Assembly (NCBI RefSeq): GCF_001194135.2
Contig: NC_069001.1
Location: 22,140,269 to 22,204,268, forward strand
Source of the DNA: Octopus bimaculoides
Lineage: Eukaryota
DNA: 64,000 nucleotides
Direction of reading: 5' to 3'
Made by a program: the position numbers and the translations under genes. The notes under the pieces were generated by a model. That model was given only the letters and a program-made list of their open reading frames with translations. It was not told the DNA's origin and searched no databases. Position 1 is the stretch's first letter, and each line of letters begins with the position of its first letter. This document shows positions 1 through 14,176 of this stretch, piece by piece.

Positions 1-297
1 TGTGAATGGATTTGGTAGACGGAAACTGAAACAAGCCCGTCGTATATATGTATATATATGTATGTGTGTGTATATGTTTGTGTGTCTGTGTTTGTCCCCC
101 CCCCCCACAACATCGCTTGACAACCGATGCTGGTGTATTTACGTCCCCGTAACTTAGTGGTTCGGCAAAAGAGAACGATAGAATAAGTACTAGGTTTCCA
201 AAGAATAAGTCCTGGGGTCGATTTGCTCGACTAAAAGGCGGTACTCCAGCATGGCCACAGTCAAATGACTGAAACAAGTAAAAGAGTAAAAGAGTAC
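1..297 (+). mobile_element. SINE family A (octopus-type), 5' end cut by the window edge
   Basis: Body GGATTTGGTAGACGGAAACTGAAACAAGCCCGTCG, central (TA/TG)n tract, 3' half ending in an AAAGAGT tandem tail; same family as copies at 9260, 54982 and 58111. Confidence 0.8.
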
Positions 298-669
298 TGA
301 TTGATTTTTCAAATTGTTAATTTACAAATATTAAGCTAATGTATTTTCATGCAGAACTACACTTTATCAAAAAATTCCCTCCAAAAATGAACGTTTGGAA
401 GGGATATATCTATAACTCAAAGAGGAGAAAAAGAAAGGAATTAGGAAAGAAGAAAAGAAGGAAAAAAGAAGAGAGATAGAAAGAAAGCAAAAATACTTTC
501 AGTGATGGCCAAACCACACCTGTTTTTTATTCTAATTTCTTATGTTTATTTATTTTTTGAAGAGATCACCATCCTTAAACTCATTCCAATACAATGGTAA
601 AAATAAAGTTATTAAACAAATGAATGGCGAATAGGAAGGTGGATACCCTTCTCTCTCTTACCCTCTACC

Positions 670-680
670 CACCTGTCTGA

Positions 681-762
<82 letters not shown>

Positions 763-1391
763 CTATCTATCTATCTATCTATCTATCTACANNNNNNNNN
801 NNNNNNNNNNNNNNNNNNNNNNNNNNNNNNNNNNNNNNNNNNNNNNNNNNNNNNNNNNNNNNNNNNNNNNNNNNNNNNNNNNNNNNNNNNNNNNNNNNNN
901 NNNNNNNNNNNNNNNNNNNNNNNNNNNNNNNNNNNNNNNNNNNNNNNNNNNNNNNNNNNNNNNNNNNNNNNNNNNNNNNNNNNNNNNNNNNNNNNNNNNN
1001 NNNNNNNNNNNNNNNNNNNNNNNNNNNNNNNNNNNNNNNNNNNNNNNNNNNNNNNNNNNNNNNNNNNNNNNNNNNNNNNNNNNNNNNNNNNNNNNNNNNN
1101 NNNNNNNNNNNNNNNNNNNNNNNNNNNNNNNNNNNNNNNNNNNNNNNNNNNNNNNNNNNNNNNNNNNNNNNNNNNNNNNNNNNNNNNNNNNNNNNNNNNN
1201 NNNNNNNNNNNNNNNNNNNNNNNNNNNNNNNNNNNNNNNNNNNNNNNNNNNNNNNNNNNNNNNNNNNNNNNNNNNNNNNNNNNNNNNNNNNNNNNNNNNN
1301 NNNNNNNNNNNNNNNNNNNNNNNNNNNNNNNNNNNNNNNNNNNNNNNNNNNNNNNNNNNNNNNNNNNNNNNNNNNNNNNNCACCTGTCTGA

Positions 1392-1473
<82 letters not shown>

Positions 1474-1502
1474 CTATCTATCTATCTATCTATCTATCTA
1501 CA
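670..1502. repeat. (TCTA)n microsatellite; 670-791 duplicated at 1381-1502 across an N-gap
   Basis: Both gap flanks carry CACCTGTCTGAC followed by the same interrupted TCTA array. Confidence 0.9.
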
Positions 1503-1704
1503 TTGTCATGAATATTCACCCCAAAAAACGAAGACAATATTCTCTTCTAAACAAAACCCCAAAACACATCTGTTTTATATTAATGAACAAGGTGTTTGTA
1601 CATTCACAAAATTGTATTTGACAAGTTCTAGAGAGGAACGAAAGAGTTAATAATAATGAAGAAATAAATGGATTTTTTTCCAAAATTCTAACGACTTTTT
1701 CTCC

Positions 1705-2556
1705 ATATATATATATGTTTCGAAGATATCACTGGTATTATTCCAAAGGAATAAAATTACTAGGAACTTATTTAAAAATATTTCATTTAGATTGTCTAAG
1801 TTATCTGCTAATGCTGACATTTTCAATGATAAGGCCGGATTTTATAACTATGCCTTACTTAAAGCATGTTATACAGAGAAATTTACCTACATTAATTTCA
1901 TTCAGTCTTATTCTTCCTTTACTAATCTAGTTGTACGGATATAAACGATATCAATTTTAATTTATGTGCCAACATCAAACAGAGGAAGAGAGATAACCCT
2001 TATTTAAACTCCTATTTTCGTTCTAAATGTAAATCTATGTATTTCAAAGATAGTTACACTAAAAGTAAGGTGACTAATAGTAATACCATTTGGTTAATTA
2101 TTCTTTATGGGAGGCAAATTAAATACAATCTTCCTTTGCAGTTTTGTGAAGCTATTATTAGGAATTTTCCAAAGAATTCTAGGTAATACTCTATTATCAA
2201 CTCACACAAGGTTATGATTGTTTTTTCCAACACGAAGAATCTCTTACAAATTATCTCCCCACATAATATTAGCCTGTTAAATAGAGTTACATTAACTAAT
2301 ACTAACATTAATTTAGCTAATACCATCTATCCCCCTAGAAATATTAATAAGAAGGTTATTGTATCTGAAATCAATTACAACAGAATCAAGTTTATGTTAA
2401 GTAACTCCAAAATTAAAAATTCTATATACCAGTGTAAAATTACTTCTGGTAATGAAGTGTTTATTTATATAAGCAGTTCATCTTCTCCGTTATCTAAAAG
2501 AATTTCTAATTATTACTCTACAATTAGGGATAGGAATAGACGTCTCCGTACAGGCC
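1705..2556 (-). mobile_element. Probable highly decayed PLE 3' end with hammerhead remnant
   Basis: 1715-1757 matches the ribozyme arm at 25059-25103; only weak GIY-YIG-like residues (YPYN*ISK) on the minus strand. Confidence 0.35.
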
Positions 2557-2854
2557 NNNNNNNNNNNNNNNNNNNNNNNNNNNNNNNNNNNNNNNNNNNN
2601 NNNNNNNNNNNNNNNNNNNNNNNNNNNNNNNNNNNNNNNNNNNNNNNNNNNNNNNNNNNNNNNNNNNNNNNNNNNNNNNNNNNNNNNNNNNNNNNNNNNN
2701 NNNNNNNNNNNNNNNNNNNNNNNNNNNNNNNNNNNNNNNNNNNNNNNNNNNNNNNNNNNNNNNNNNNNNNNNNNNNNNNNNNNNNNNNNNNNNNNNNNNN
2801 NNNNNNNNNNNNNNNNNNNNNNNNNNNNNNNNNNNNNNNNNNNNNNNNNNNNNN

Positions 2855-2908
<54 letters not shown>

Positions 2909-2989
2909 TTTAGTGTGTATGTGTGGCTGTCTCTTCATTCACATTTCACATTCACAAAAGCTCAAATACACCTGATACAATTAATAAAT

Positions 2990-4100
2990 CTTAAACTATA
3001 TTTTATCTAACAAAAGCATTTGATGTTAGTAAATTAAATAAAAATGGTTTGAGAGAATTCTAGTTGCTATACCTAAAATCTTGCTATGCTGCATTAAATG
3101 GAAAAAGATCAGTGCTGGCGTAAATTTAAAAGACATTGTAAGTTAGAGAAGCGAATATAGAACATATTGAATGAAAAGTGACCAGCAGATACGGCCCGAG
3201 ACATGGCTTTGAATAGATAAGAAACGAGAACAGCAAGTTTAGAGAGATCTCATGCCAGAATGTGAATCGAAATGTAAAGTATTTGTTAGAGAAATGAAGT
3301 AAAAACTTTGTCGTGAAGACAAAGAAAATTATTAATCTGTATATAATTCAAGGATCATTTACAAAATAATCAAAGTATCTAATGGAATATAGAAGTAACA
3401 ATGGAAAAGTTAAAGATAAGGTGTGCCTAAAGGCTAGGGAGAATGAATGCAAAGTGTGAGTCGAACTTTGGGGAACTTGATGGGACTGAATTTATTGTTT
3501 GAATCAGTGTTTCTCAACTGAGGTCCACATGGCCCTCGAGGGCTCTATATACGATTTTGCTGTCAAAGTTTAATGTTCAATAAATTATTTATATTTCTAC
3601 AATACATAAAATTTTAACATTTTGTATACAATTTAATTATTAAAATATAATGGCATTTTTTAAAATACATTCAATGTGCACGAGTGTCCAGTGGTGTAAA
3701 ATAGGCATCAAAGAGGTTCATTAGTAAAAATGCTTGAGAAACGCTGGTTTAAATGATTGTGAAATAGATGTTTTTTGGGGGAAACGTTTGGATAACGTTT
3801 AAATCATCGGTGAAAAAAATCAGTGATGAATAGGATCTCTAGTGAACTTGTAAAATATACAGGACACATTATTACTTAGCCGATGCAATTTAATTTATTG
3901 TGGTAAAGAAATACAGAAGAGTTGGAAAGAGTGACATTTATAAGTCTGCCAAAGAAATAAAGCTTACTGGTTATTGAAATCTTTGCTTAAGGCTGATAAT
4001 AGTATTTGATTGTATGTTTGGATGATGTTTATTGGATTCCAAACAAGTGTAAATTCTCTGAGGTCAACAATTGAAAAATTTTGCTAAATTTGTTTTTACA
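2990..4100 (+). mobile_element. Decayed LINE (RTE-like) fragments
   Basis: Broken RT-like motifs LTKAFD (about 3006), KKLCREDKENY (about 3302) and ISSELVKYTG (about 3835). Confidence 0.35.
3505..3746. mobile_element. hAT (Charlie-like) MITE
   Basis: TIRs CAGTGTTTCTCAA / TTGAGAAACGCTG; 8-bp TSD GTTTGAAT / GTTTAAAT (7 of 8 match). Confidence 0.8.
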
Positions 4101-4867
4101 AAATGTTCAAAATCATGTACACCCACTGTTAATATGGTACAAAACGTGCATTGTGCGTAGTTGGAAGGTATCAGCAAGGAGATAAACATTAACTGGAAAA
4201 TCTGGGGCAATACTTGCTAGAATTTCCAGTGTTTAAAAACGAAATAGCAATCATTATAAACTGAAATTGTCTGTGTAATTCTGGGATAGGAGAAAATTGT
4301 TTAAATCGCTGAGATATGATTGAATGCATTTCATTTCAGGTACCTGCAGGTCACTGAGTATGTGAAATATCATGATGGAATAAATCACAAATGGCGAATA
4401 TTAATGCAAATAGAACAGAAGAAATAATGGGAAAACAGATATCAAGACAGAGTCATGCATTGAAAATGAACGATGGAAATATAAAGTGGGAGCTGGAGTG
4501 AATACCACATGTTGACCCTAAGAAATATACATAAACATAAAATCACTTGATCGACCGACTGGTGTGTGTGTGCGTGTGTGTGATTGTGTTTGTAAAATTG
4601 GTTTGGATGAGTTCTTTCACCAACTAAATTTTCTGCTCATTGAATGAGCGAATAAGCGACTGCAGTTTTGAGAGATACGTACAGCATTAACGTAACAGCA
4701 TGGCACATTGTGTGAAAAGGCCGTACTTTTGATTTAGACGAGCCTTAGCACAGTTTCCCTCTAGTTTTCCTCTGCTCGATTACGCTCGAAAGTCTGCGTT
4801 GAACTGAATAAATGGTAAATGTTACTTACTGAAGCTGACACGCAATTGGATTCCCATCTTGCATCAG

Positions 4868-4868
<1 letters not shown>

Positions 4869-4936
<68 letters not shown>

Positions 4937-5085
4937 TTATCTATCTATCTATTTATCTATTTATCTATCTGAATAGATTTACGTATGAATATGAACATGT
5001 ACAGATGTACGTAAATATGTATGTGTGAATGTATGTATGTATGTATGTATGTATGTATGTATGTATGTATGTATGTATGTATGTG
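4869..5085. repeat. (TCTA)n and (TATG)n microsatellites
   Basis: Direct reading. Confidence 0.95.
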
Positions 5086-5693
5086 TATCCCTACCAAGCA
5101 TTTTCAGCCAATCTGTTTAAAGGTGTGAAATACGGAATAGAAAGATGACGGAAAGTGGATTAACGAAATATTGTTACAGAATGAAAAAACTCTTATAAGA
5201 ACAGAAATGTGCATAAATGCGGAATAGGTTAAAAATATATCCCCCATCCAACTACTACAAAAACTGAAGTGAAATAAAATATGCCTTCGCATGCATTTAC
5301 GTGCTAGTTATATGTGCTTATTGAAATATAATAACATTAAAATTAGTTGGATTTAGATAAAAACCTGGTAAAATGATCGTTTTGGATTAGATTTACTTAA
5401 CGGCTCAAAAACAGAAGAGAATGTACTAGCGTTTTTTTTACAGTGGATAAAGAATTACTCTGAGTTAGTCAGAAGGAAATAGACATCAGTAGAATTTGTG
5501 TCATAAATTTAAACCGTTTAAGATTTTGCAAAAGAAAACAGTAAGAAAAAATATTAGACCGCAGTTAAAGGGAGAAGAAACCAAAGGAAACAATTTTGTT
5601 GGTTAAGTTAAATGACTAATATAGATAAGGTGGTTTTCTAAAATGAGAAAACGTTACTTTTACAGTAAAAGACTGAAGGAATTAAATATAGAA

Positions 5694-5754
<61 letters not shown>

Positions 5755-5989
5755 TAGGGAAACGACTATATCCATCACTATTGTGTATATATTATGGTAT
5801 AGCGTAGCAAATAAACTATTTTGACAAAATCAAATAAAGATGGAATGACTGATATATTGGGGCTATAAACTTGGGTAGTGTACAAATTGTGAGATGCATT
5901 GCATGTTTAAAATGAAGTACTGATTGCAAATTTGCAGAGACTAGTAAAGTTTACTTTTGTTTATACGAAATATTATCATTACTGTTACT

Positions 5990-6148
5990 AAGGCTGTGAG
6001 CTGGCAGAATAGTTAGAACGCCGGAAAAATGCGTAGTGGCATTTCGTCCGGTTCGATATTATCTTCTATCCTTTTGGGGTGGATAGAATCGACTAGATCT
6101 CTCACACGAAACTGCTGGACTTGTGCCAAAATTTGAAACCATTATTAT
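5990..6148 (+). mobile_element. SINE family B, internally deleted
   Basis: AGGCTGTGAGCTGGCAGAATAGTTAG head; CTTGTGCCAAAATTTGAAACC end; ATT tail. Confidence 0.65.
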
Positions 6149-6149
6149 T

Positions 6150-6830
6150 CACCCTACTGCTCCCATTATTATATTTCCCGCAAGATTTATCTTAGAATTA
6201 ATTTCGGTTATCATGTTTGTAGAAGGCACTGATATCATGCCACTTATATTTGCGTTTCTAGTGTAACCTTATTTTTTCATATATCTTTTGTTTGGTGGGA
6301 GTTTTCTTTAGGATCTTGTATTTTTCCGAGTACTTTTGTCAAAACAGTGTATTTTTTCTTCTTGTGCATTCCTAATTCCTGTGTTTACATTTATCGTTTG
6401 AATTAATTCTATTTCTTCTGTAACTGTTTCCTCGAATGTCTGCGACTTCTGTCTCCTCGCTTACAACTTCCTCATCCGGTCCATTTTCAAGTTTTCTTCT
6501 GATCGCCGAAATTTCAATTTCAGTTATCCGTTTATTAGTTCTAATTTCTCCAGCCTGGTCAGCTAACCTTTGATCAGTGACCTCAAAAGGACCCTTTTCT
6601 TCTCATATTTGCTTGCTTCAGCCTTTGTTTGTAACCTCTCTGATTTGGTTCATTTCTCATAAACACTTAATTGACTCCCTTTTTTTCCATTTTCTCCATT
6701 TTCAATCTGGTCAGTAATTTGATGCCGACGACCGGTAGAAACCTGTCCAGCGTATCCATGTATGCCACATAGGGTAGAGGGTGACCTTCGAGGTAATTGG
6801 TTCCAGCCCCACTTACATCATTATTTGTTA
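6150..6830 (-). mobile_element. R4/Dong-like non-LTR retrotransposon, ORF N-terminal fragment
   Basis: Minus-strand peptides NEPNQRGYKQRLK, FEVTDQRLADQAGEIRTNKRITEIEISAIRRKL and TNMITEINSKINLAG resemble R4/Dong N-termini; frameshifted. Confidence 0.55.
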
Positions 6831-7026
6831 GAAATGTATTTATCATTTACATGAGTACTTCGGTTTCGTAGAGTCTTTCCTTCCCTTAGAGTTTTTACTA
6901 AGGTACCATATCTAGGAAGAGTGTCGATACGACGCAAGAGCTCATCCAATCCATACTATGGATGTTATTTTCTGCCACGACATTAACCCAGAATTTTTAT
7001 AATATAAAGGATTAGCTTCATTTTGA

Positions 7027-7068
<42 letters not shown>

Positions 7069-9259
7069 AAAAGTATACTTTCACCAGGGATTTGCTACAC
7101 AGCGCCAACCCATTTACTCTCGTAGTAAAGAAAGGAAGACACTTGTTGTTGGATTGCAGTTCACTCCACTGAGTTCATTCGTCCTTTGACAGGGTTTGTT
7201 TTTGGTCCAGCAAGGCATCAGACAAAACCACCCATCACATCAAATAAGCTTGGTATGCATGTCTGTTTTGTCACAGACCGTGCAACAGGTTGTCTTGAGC
7301 CATACGTTACCATTAACTTGAAGAATGACATGACATCATTATTACTATTGTTGTTGTTGTTGTTGTTATTCCGTTCAAAGATAATTCGAGAGATTTCATC
7401 ACATTTCTTCAAATTATTGCAGTGATCATGGAGGCGTAATTTACGGGAAAAATTCCTGAACAATATGTTTCATTATAGTTTGATCTAACACCACCTTCTT
7501 GGGTATTACCTAAGATTGCAAAACAGGCATGCAAAAAGAAAAAAAATCTGTTAACTGGGGAGGTTCAACATATCCACAGCATTTGCAATCAGTCAGACCA
7601 AATTACAGAATTAATAAAAAAAAAAAACGCTTCAATTTATCCTGTCCATTGTACGGATAAGATTTCCAGAAAAAGAAGTAATAAAGGCTATATTTAGAGA
7701 GAAATTAAAATACACGATCGATATCTCATCATTATAAAGAAGAGAGTTAGAAAAAAGAAAATAATTTATTTGATTTGCATTAAACTTATATGTTTCCTTA
7801 CAGTCGAAAAGTTCATATTTCATTTGATACGTTTCATAGGCAAAAATAAATATCACATTTATAAAATGCATAATGTTAAGTTTAATTATTGCTTTTTAAA
7901 TAACCCAAATAGTACGTTACAACGCAGAAAATACTCCAGCCCAGCCACATTAACTGTTGTATCAGCTGATATCAGTGCTAAGCATCTTGCACAGCAAAAC
8001 AAATTAATCTGGTTTGAAGGAACTCTATCGTTGAACAGACTGACAAACCCTTATTCAAACTGATGAAATATACGGGTCGGAAAGACAACGACGTCGAAAG
8101 AAGAGACTTTCAGTATATCTAGTCTTTTAGTACAAGAGAAGGAATGATAAAAGTTCCTCTATTCAAAACCTTACATATTCACACAAAATTCTGTGACTTT
8201 TATAAAGATGAATAATATACAACACCTAAGGGAGCTCCCCATTACATAATTTAATTTTTAAACCACTGGTTGATTACAACAATTCATAATCAATGCATCA
8301 GTATTGCGTATAATTCGCATTTGTTCAAGAGTATCCAAAGACTGCTACAGCGCCTACTCATCAAGTAGCAGGCATCCGGCTATTACCGCCAACACATGAG
8401 TCGTACTTAATGGGAAGAACGAGTTTTTTACGCAATTTAATATTATTCAGAGACTGTATGTGAGACGTTTCAATCAGAGACTGTTAACTCTCACATTATG
8501 CTGAAAGTACGTATTTATTTTGTATGCTTGCATTTTAGAAGTATGTTTTTATTTTGTTTTAAAGTCATTTGCACATATGAATAAGTGAATATTTGTGTTT
8601 TAGAATGTATATATATTCGGGGGTGTCGTTTGTATGTAGTAAACAAAGAGGATTCTGTTCGGACAGCTGTCGGTGCTATTATCTAATATACATTACATAG
8701 TATGTATGCTTAAAACGCTGTCATCATTAACGTCTACATACATGTATGTTTGGTCACCGAAAGTTGTTGAAACAATTGTAAACCATGAAATAAACATTAT
8801 ACCATAAACTCCATTCTTCACTTATGCACACACACATACACACACACAAACACTCACACACATACACAAACACACTCTCTCTCACACACACACACGTACA
8901 CACACACATACACACACACAAACATTCACACACATACACAAACACTCACTCTCTCTCTCTCACACACACACGTACACACACACACACACACTCGCATACA
9001 CATGTATATAGATATGCTCTTTCGAATATATGTCTCTCATATTGATCTTTTAAATATGATGCATATCTGTCAAAAGGAGAATTAAATTCTTACAGAACTA
9101 CTTAAATATAGTATAGTGTTACTTTTGAAGAAATGAACAAGTATTTTTATAACATTTTAGTATACATAAGAATTTAAAAATCAATCTACATCGAATATGA
9201 TAATAGCGAACGCAAGAGTTTCAATGTATCGTAAAACCAATTTCAAAGTTATACATATA

Positions 9260-9421
9260 GGCACAGGAGTGGCTATGTCGTAAGTAGTTTGCTTCGCAAC
9301 CACATGGATCCGGGTTCATTTTCACTGATTGGCACCTTGGGCAAGTGTCTTCTACTATAGACTCGGGCCGACCGAAGCCTCGTGAGGGGATTTGGTAGAC
9401 GGAAACTGAAAGAAGCCCATC

Positions 9422-9465
<44 letters not shown>

Positions 9466-9520
9466 ATATATATGTGTGTATGTGTGTGTATGTTTGTGTG
9501 TCTGTGTTTGTCCCACCACC
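9260..9520 (+). mobile_element. SINE family A, 3' truncated
   Basis: tRNA-like head GGCACAGGAGTGGCTATGTCGTAAG...CCGGGTTCA, then GGCACCTTGGGCAAGTGTCTTCTACTATAG. Confidence 0.8.
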
Positions 9521-10782
9521 ATCTGTGATAGCTGTAGTAACTGGCAGTAACTCTTTACAGCTGCTGCCAGTTGCTACTCATCATTAATAGAGTGACAAAA
9601 TAAACCACGTGTTTTAAATTTCATTCAGAAGCAGGCTTTTCACACATAGAAAGTGCGTAGGCCACTAACTCAGGTTAAGCTATTTGGGATTTCTAAGCAT
9701 ATCCTGCAATTGGCGTCACCACTGGATGAGCACGAGCTAGACACAGCAAGCCATGAACTGAAGCTCCTATTAAGAAACTTGCCCGAGAGCAATACAGTAT
9801 ATTTATGCTAATAACTGGGATTAAGTACGTACGTTTCTTTTGAAACTGTACAATTTAGTCCACATATTTAAAAAATGCCTCTTACTTGTGTAAGGATGGC
9901 TACCACACATTTCATTACTCTCCACTCCTGAAGGGGAAATAAAAAGCAATACAAGCTAAACCTACCAATATAGAATGCAATGACACGTATAATGAACACA
10001 ATACACTTGTAAAACATCTCTGCAATATTTTACAGATAATAGCTCTCATCGGTGTCTGGTGGAGACGCTGAAAGGAAATTCTGACTTTACGTTTGGATCA
10101 GGTCTCTTGATACAAATGACCAAAGGATAGTTATATTTCTGTATTACCATATTCCAACTACCGCCTTATAAATATAAGGCTTCGTGGATGTTCCCTTTCT
10201 CTAACCATGAGCAGAACTGAGTATATCATGAAAAGTAGTGATGCGAATGATGTTCTCATCACGTTGGGAAACATTGATGCAGGTTACTGGACTGATTATC
10301 GAATGATTATTGTTAAGCTCTATATGAAAATGCATTCCGCTTTGAGGCTCCAAAACCCCAACGAAAATAGGAATTTATTTGCAACTGCTTGAGCGGTACA
10401 GAAGATAGAAATAAATCCTGATGCCTTGTGTATGATACAATGGGTATCGTAAGTTTGTCTGTGCACGGAAAATACTATGAAATAACAACGGTGCTGTATT
10501 AAATCTGTCGTACACAAAGAAACGACCATAATCACCGACCTTAAGAGGAGGAAGAAGCCATCTACAAGTACTTGTATAGAGTACAACCAGCAACATTGAG
10601 CAATTTATAATCTAATCAGACCACACAGCATTGGTGATAGCCATAGTTAAATGTGTAAATGGTAATACGCATCGAACAGGACTATTGGTAGTTGACAAAG
10701 ATATACATAATCCCACTTACCTGACAATGGAAATAACGTGCATAATTTTCACAATGTTGTTAAAATCATCTTCAGACAAATA

Positions 10783-11040
10783 CGGTAATCCCTCGATTAT
10801 CGCAGGTGTTGCGTTCCCAAAACCTCCGCGATAGGTGAAAATCCGCGAAGTATAAACAGTACTTTACTGTATATTTTTTATTACTATTTTCATAATTTGT
10901 GTAGATTTATTTTCATAATTATTTTCATAATTTGTGTATATTTAATTTATTATAAATGCAAAACAACACCACAGAGGAATCGACGTAAGCTTTAATAATA
11001 AACCAAGATAGGTGAACCGCGATATGGCGAGGCATTACTG
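10783..11040. mobile_element. pogo/Tigger-like MITE
   Basis: TA|CGGTAATCCCTCGATTATCGC ... GCGATATGGCGAGGCATTACTG|TA; imperfect TIRs with TA TSD. Confidence 0.75.
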
Positions 11041-11117
11041 TATATTGCTTTATCTATTTTCTGCAAAGGGCAGTGAAATATCAAAATATTTCAGACATTG
11101 AGACCATTCGTTCAATA

Positions 11118-11280
11118 TTTAAAGCGTCTTTACGTTTTAAGTTCCAATACCACCACGGTTGACTTGGCCTTTCATCGTTTCGGAATCAATAAAATAAGTA
11201 CCAGTTAAGCACTGAGGTCGATGGAATCAACCTACCCCACCATCGAAACTTCTGCCTTTGAGTCAAGATTTGAAACCAAT
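11118..11280 (+). mobile_element. SINE family B, 5' truncated
   Basis: GCCTTTCATCGTTTCGG...AAATAAGTACCAGTTAAGCACTGAGGTCGATG...ATTTGAAACC. Confidence 0.65.
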
Positions 11281-11772
11281 ATTTAACGCATCTTGGAAAC
11301 AACCTGGTTTAAGTTTCTCTCTGACGCAAATCAGTTTGCAGAAATCAACTGCAATATTGTTCGTAATCATTCAATTTTCCCAGGTAAAGCACATGGTAAA
11401 TGTTTACTTATGTCGGCCTGCTACAATGTTCCACTCTCAGTAAGATAGCCAACAGATCCCGCTAAGAATAAGATGAAGGACAATATTAACGGTTGTACAT
11501 TATCGGAGCCGACAACACTAGAAGAGGCAACAGTGCTAATTAGTATTGACTGCTTCGTACGTTAGATATGAAGAAGACAACATTAGAAAGAATGGAACCA
11601 GGTGAGATGCACCTGTTGTTGCGATCGATGGTATCACCACAAATATCATACATATACTTGCTCCATTAGTGACATATCTATTTTGGGTACGCAAACTTAC
11701 TACTCACCATCCTTGAAAGATTTCACCTCTATTTACCCTTAATACAGTGGGGGTCGTAATTATTGGTTCTCA

Positions 11773-11823
<51 letters not shown>

Positions 11824-11902
11824 TGTATACATACATATATATACATATACTTGTGTATATATATAATTTTTATATATATATATATATATTTGTATACATA
11901 CA

Positions 11903-11936
<34 letters not shown>

Positions 11937-11939
11937 CAT

Positions 11940-12240
11940 ACAAGTGGCTGAGCACTCCACAGACACGTGTAGCCTTAACGTAGTTCTCGGGGTGATTCAG
12001 CGTGACACAGAGTGTGACAAGGCTGGCCCTTTGAAACACAGGTACAACAGAAACAGGAAGAAAGACTGAGAAAAAGTTGTGGTGAAAGAGTACAACAGGG
12101 TTCGCTACCACCCCCTCCCGGAGCTTCGTGAAGTTTTAAGTGTTTTCGCTCAATGAACACTCACAACATCCAGTCTGGGAGTCGAAACCGCGATCCTATG
12201 ACCGCAAGTTCGCTGCCCTAACCACTGGGCTATTGCCCCT
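11940..12240 (-). mobile_element. tRNA-derived SINE family C with (TATG)n tail
   Basis: Minus strand has A-box-like TAGCCCAGTGGTTAGGGC and B-box-like GGTTTCGACTCCC; body ends in a TATG array. Confidence 0.75.
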
Positions 12241-12241
12241 A

Positions 12242-12277
<36 letters not shown>

Positions 12278-14097
12278 AAGGCACATGTTCATATTTGTAT
12301 TATGTGTGTAGGTATGTATGTGTGAAGGTATGCGTAGTCGATTGAGTCCTTTGTGTGAATAGTATATGTATGTGTGTGTGTGTTTGGTAAAAAGGATGGG
12401 GAAGGACTAGAGTTCTGCTTTTCCCTATCTCAGCGTTTGGACAAAGAGTTCAATAAGAAAATTTATTACCAGTAGAATAGGAAGATGAACGCTATCATTT
12501 TGGCTAGAAAAATTTATTTACAGAAAGACGAGGACAAATAACATAAACTTTTAAATACATTTGGTAATATGTAATAATACATGATATCCTATAAGTTTAC
12601 GATGATACTGGCAAACTTTTTGAGTGGGTTGAAATATTGACTATATAGAAGATTTATAATGGAAATGTAACTAATTGTTTGTTAGACAGCTGTATTGTCG
12701 ATCTTAATTTATATTATAACGGAATTACTACTCAATTGCAGTCTGAATATTCGCACGATGAAGGTAAAATTAATTATTCTATTTCAAATCTTTTCAGTTA
12801 TGTAGTACACTCTACGTACAGACGGAAATTATATTCTCTCATTATTACCCAGTTCAACAATCTGTAACATTTTCTATTGTTATTCTTCCCAAGTAACTAT
12901 TACCAAGTGTTTAAGCCAAATATCCTTTCTGCCAATAATAAGCTGCTGTTAAAAGATGCTAGATCCGTTAACATTCCACTCTATAAGGCGAAGCCGAATA
13001 ACTGAGTTTGTTAACATCGCTCATTTTTGCAAAGAGTATATTATGAGTTTCACAGAAGTATGCTCTGCCTAAGTTAATATTTGAAGTATTTATCACATTC
13101 CTGACAATATATTTTAATATTTACATTTTCCCATGAACTTTTGTGTATATGTATGTATGTGGACAAGATATCGGATTTGAGATGTTACAGGTAATTTTAC
13201 GATATGGATTGGAGACTCTGTGGGTACAAGTTCGTTTCTGTGTAGTCATGACTATCGAGCCGTTAACGATTTGCACTTGAAAAAGTTTATGATCTTTGCG
13301 GATTATTTGGGAAACACTAACAATTAAAAGATGATCGAAACTTTCTGGCTTGATTGTTAGACATATTTCCTTTGAATGAAGTATAGAATCCCATAGCGCT
13401 TCTCTTTCCTACCTTCTTCAGGTGTAAATGTTACTCTAGTTAATCTCTATATACACCAACAGAACTTTTAACAACATATATCGCAAACGCCTGGTTGTAT
13501 CGAAATACAGCAGCATTGAAAATCATGATGTCCGCCGATGGGTTGTATGCTATAATTCTGATGACTGTGATGGGTCTCTAATTACAGTCGATGATTGAAG
13601 TTTCCATAGTTATAAATAGTTGCTTCATCCGGCTGTTTCTGGAGCAGTTCTACGAGCAGTAATAGACACACACAATATATATATATATATACATATATNN
13701 NNNNNNNNNNNNNNNNNNNNNNNNNNNNNNNNNNNNNNNNNNNNNNNNNNNNNNNNNNNNNNNNNNNNNNNNNNNNNNNNNNNNNNNNNNNNNNNNNNNN
13801 NNNNNNNNNNNNNNNNNNNNNNNNNNNNNNNNNNNNNNNNNNNNNNNNNNNNNNNNNNNNNNNNNNNNNNNNNNNNNNNNNNNNNNNNNNNNNNNNNNNN
13901 NNNNNNNNNNNNNNNNNNNNNNNNNNNNNNNNNNNNNCTTCTTGAGAAAACGAACCTTATTAAAAATACAGATCTTTAAAAGTGTAATAAAAGAAAAGTT
14001 CATAATTATTTCTTACTGGTGTCAACAGAGTCCGAGTGGAAGCGTTTTATGTGTGGGAACATAATGGCTGTTTTGTGCGTTGAATTGAATCGTTGGC

Positions 14098-14098
14098 T

Positions 14099-14158
<60 letters not shown>

Positions 14159-14176
14159 ATAGTAGTAGTAGTAGTG
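14098..14176. repeat. (GTA)n microsatellite
   Basis: Direct reading. Confidence 0.95.

Noticed and set aside
670-1502. 122-bp direct duplication flanking a gap
   Set aside because: Identical flanks on both sides of Ns point to unmerged overlapping contigs
12190-12240. tRNA-like A and B boxes (also at 9260, 24310 and others)
   Set aside because: These are SINE heads without a full cloverleaf, not tRNA genes
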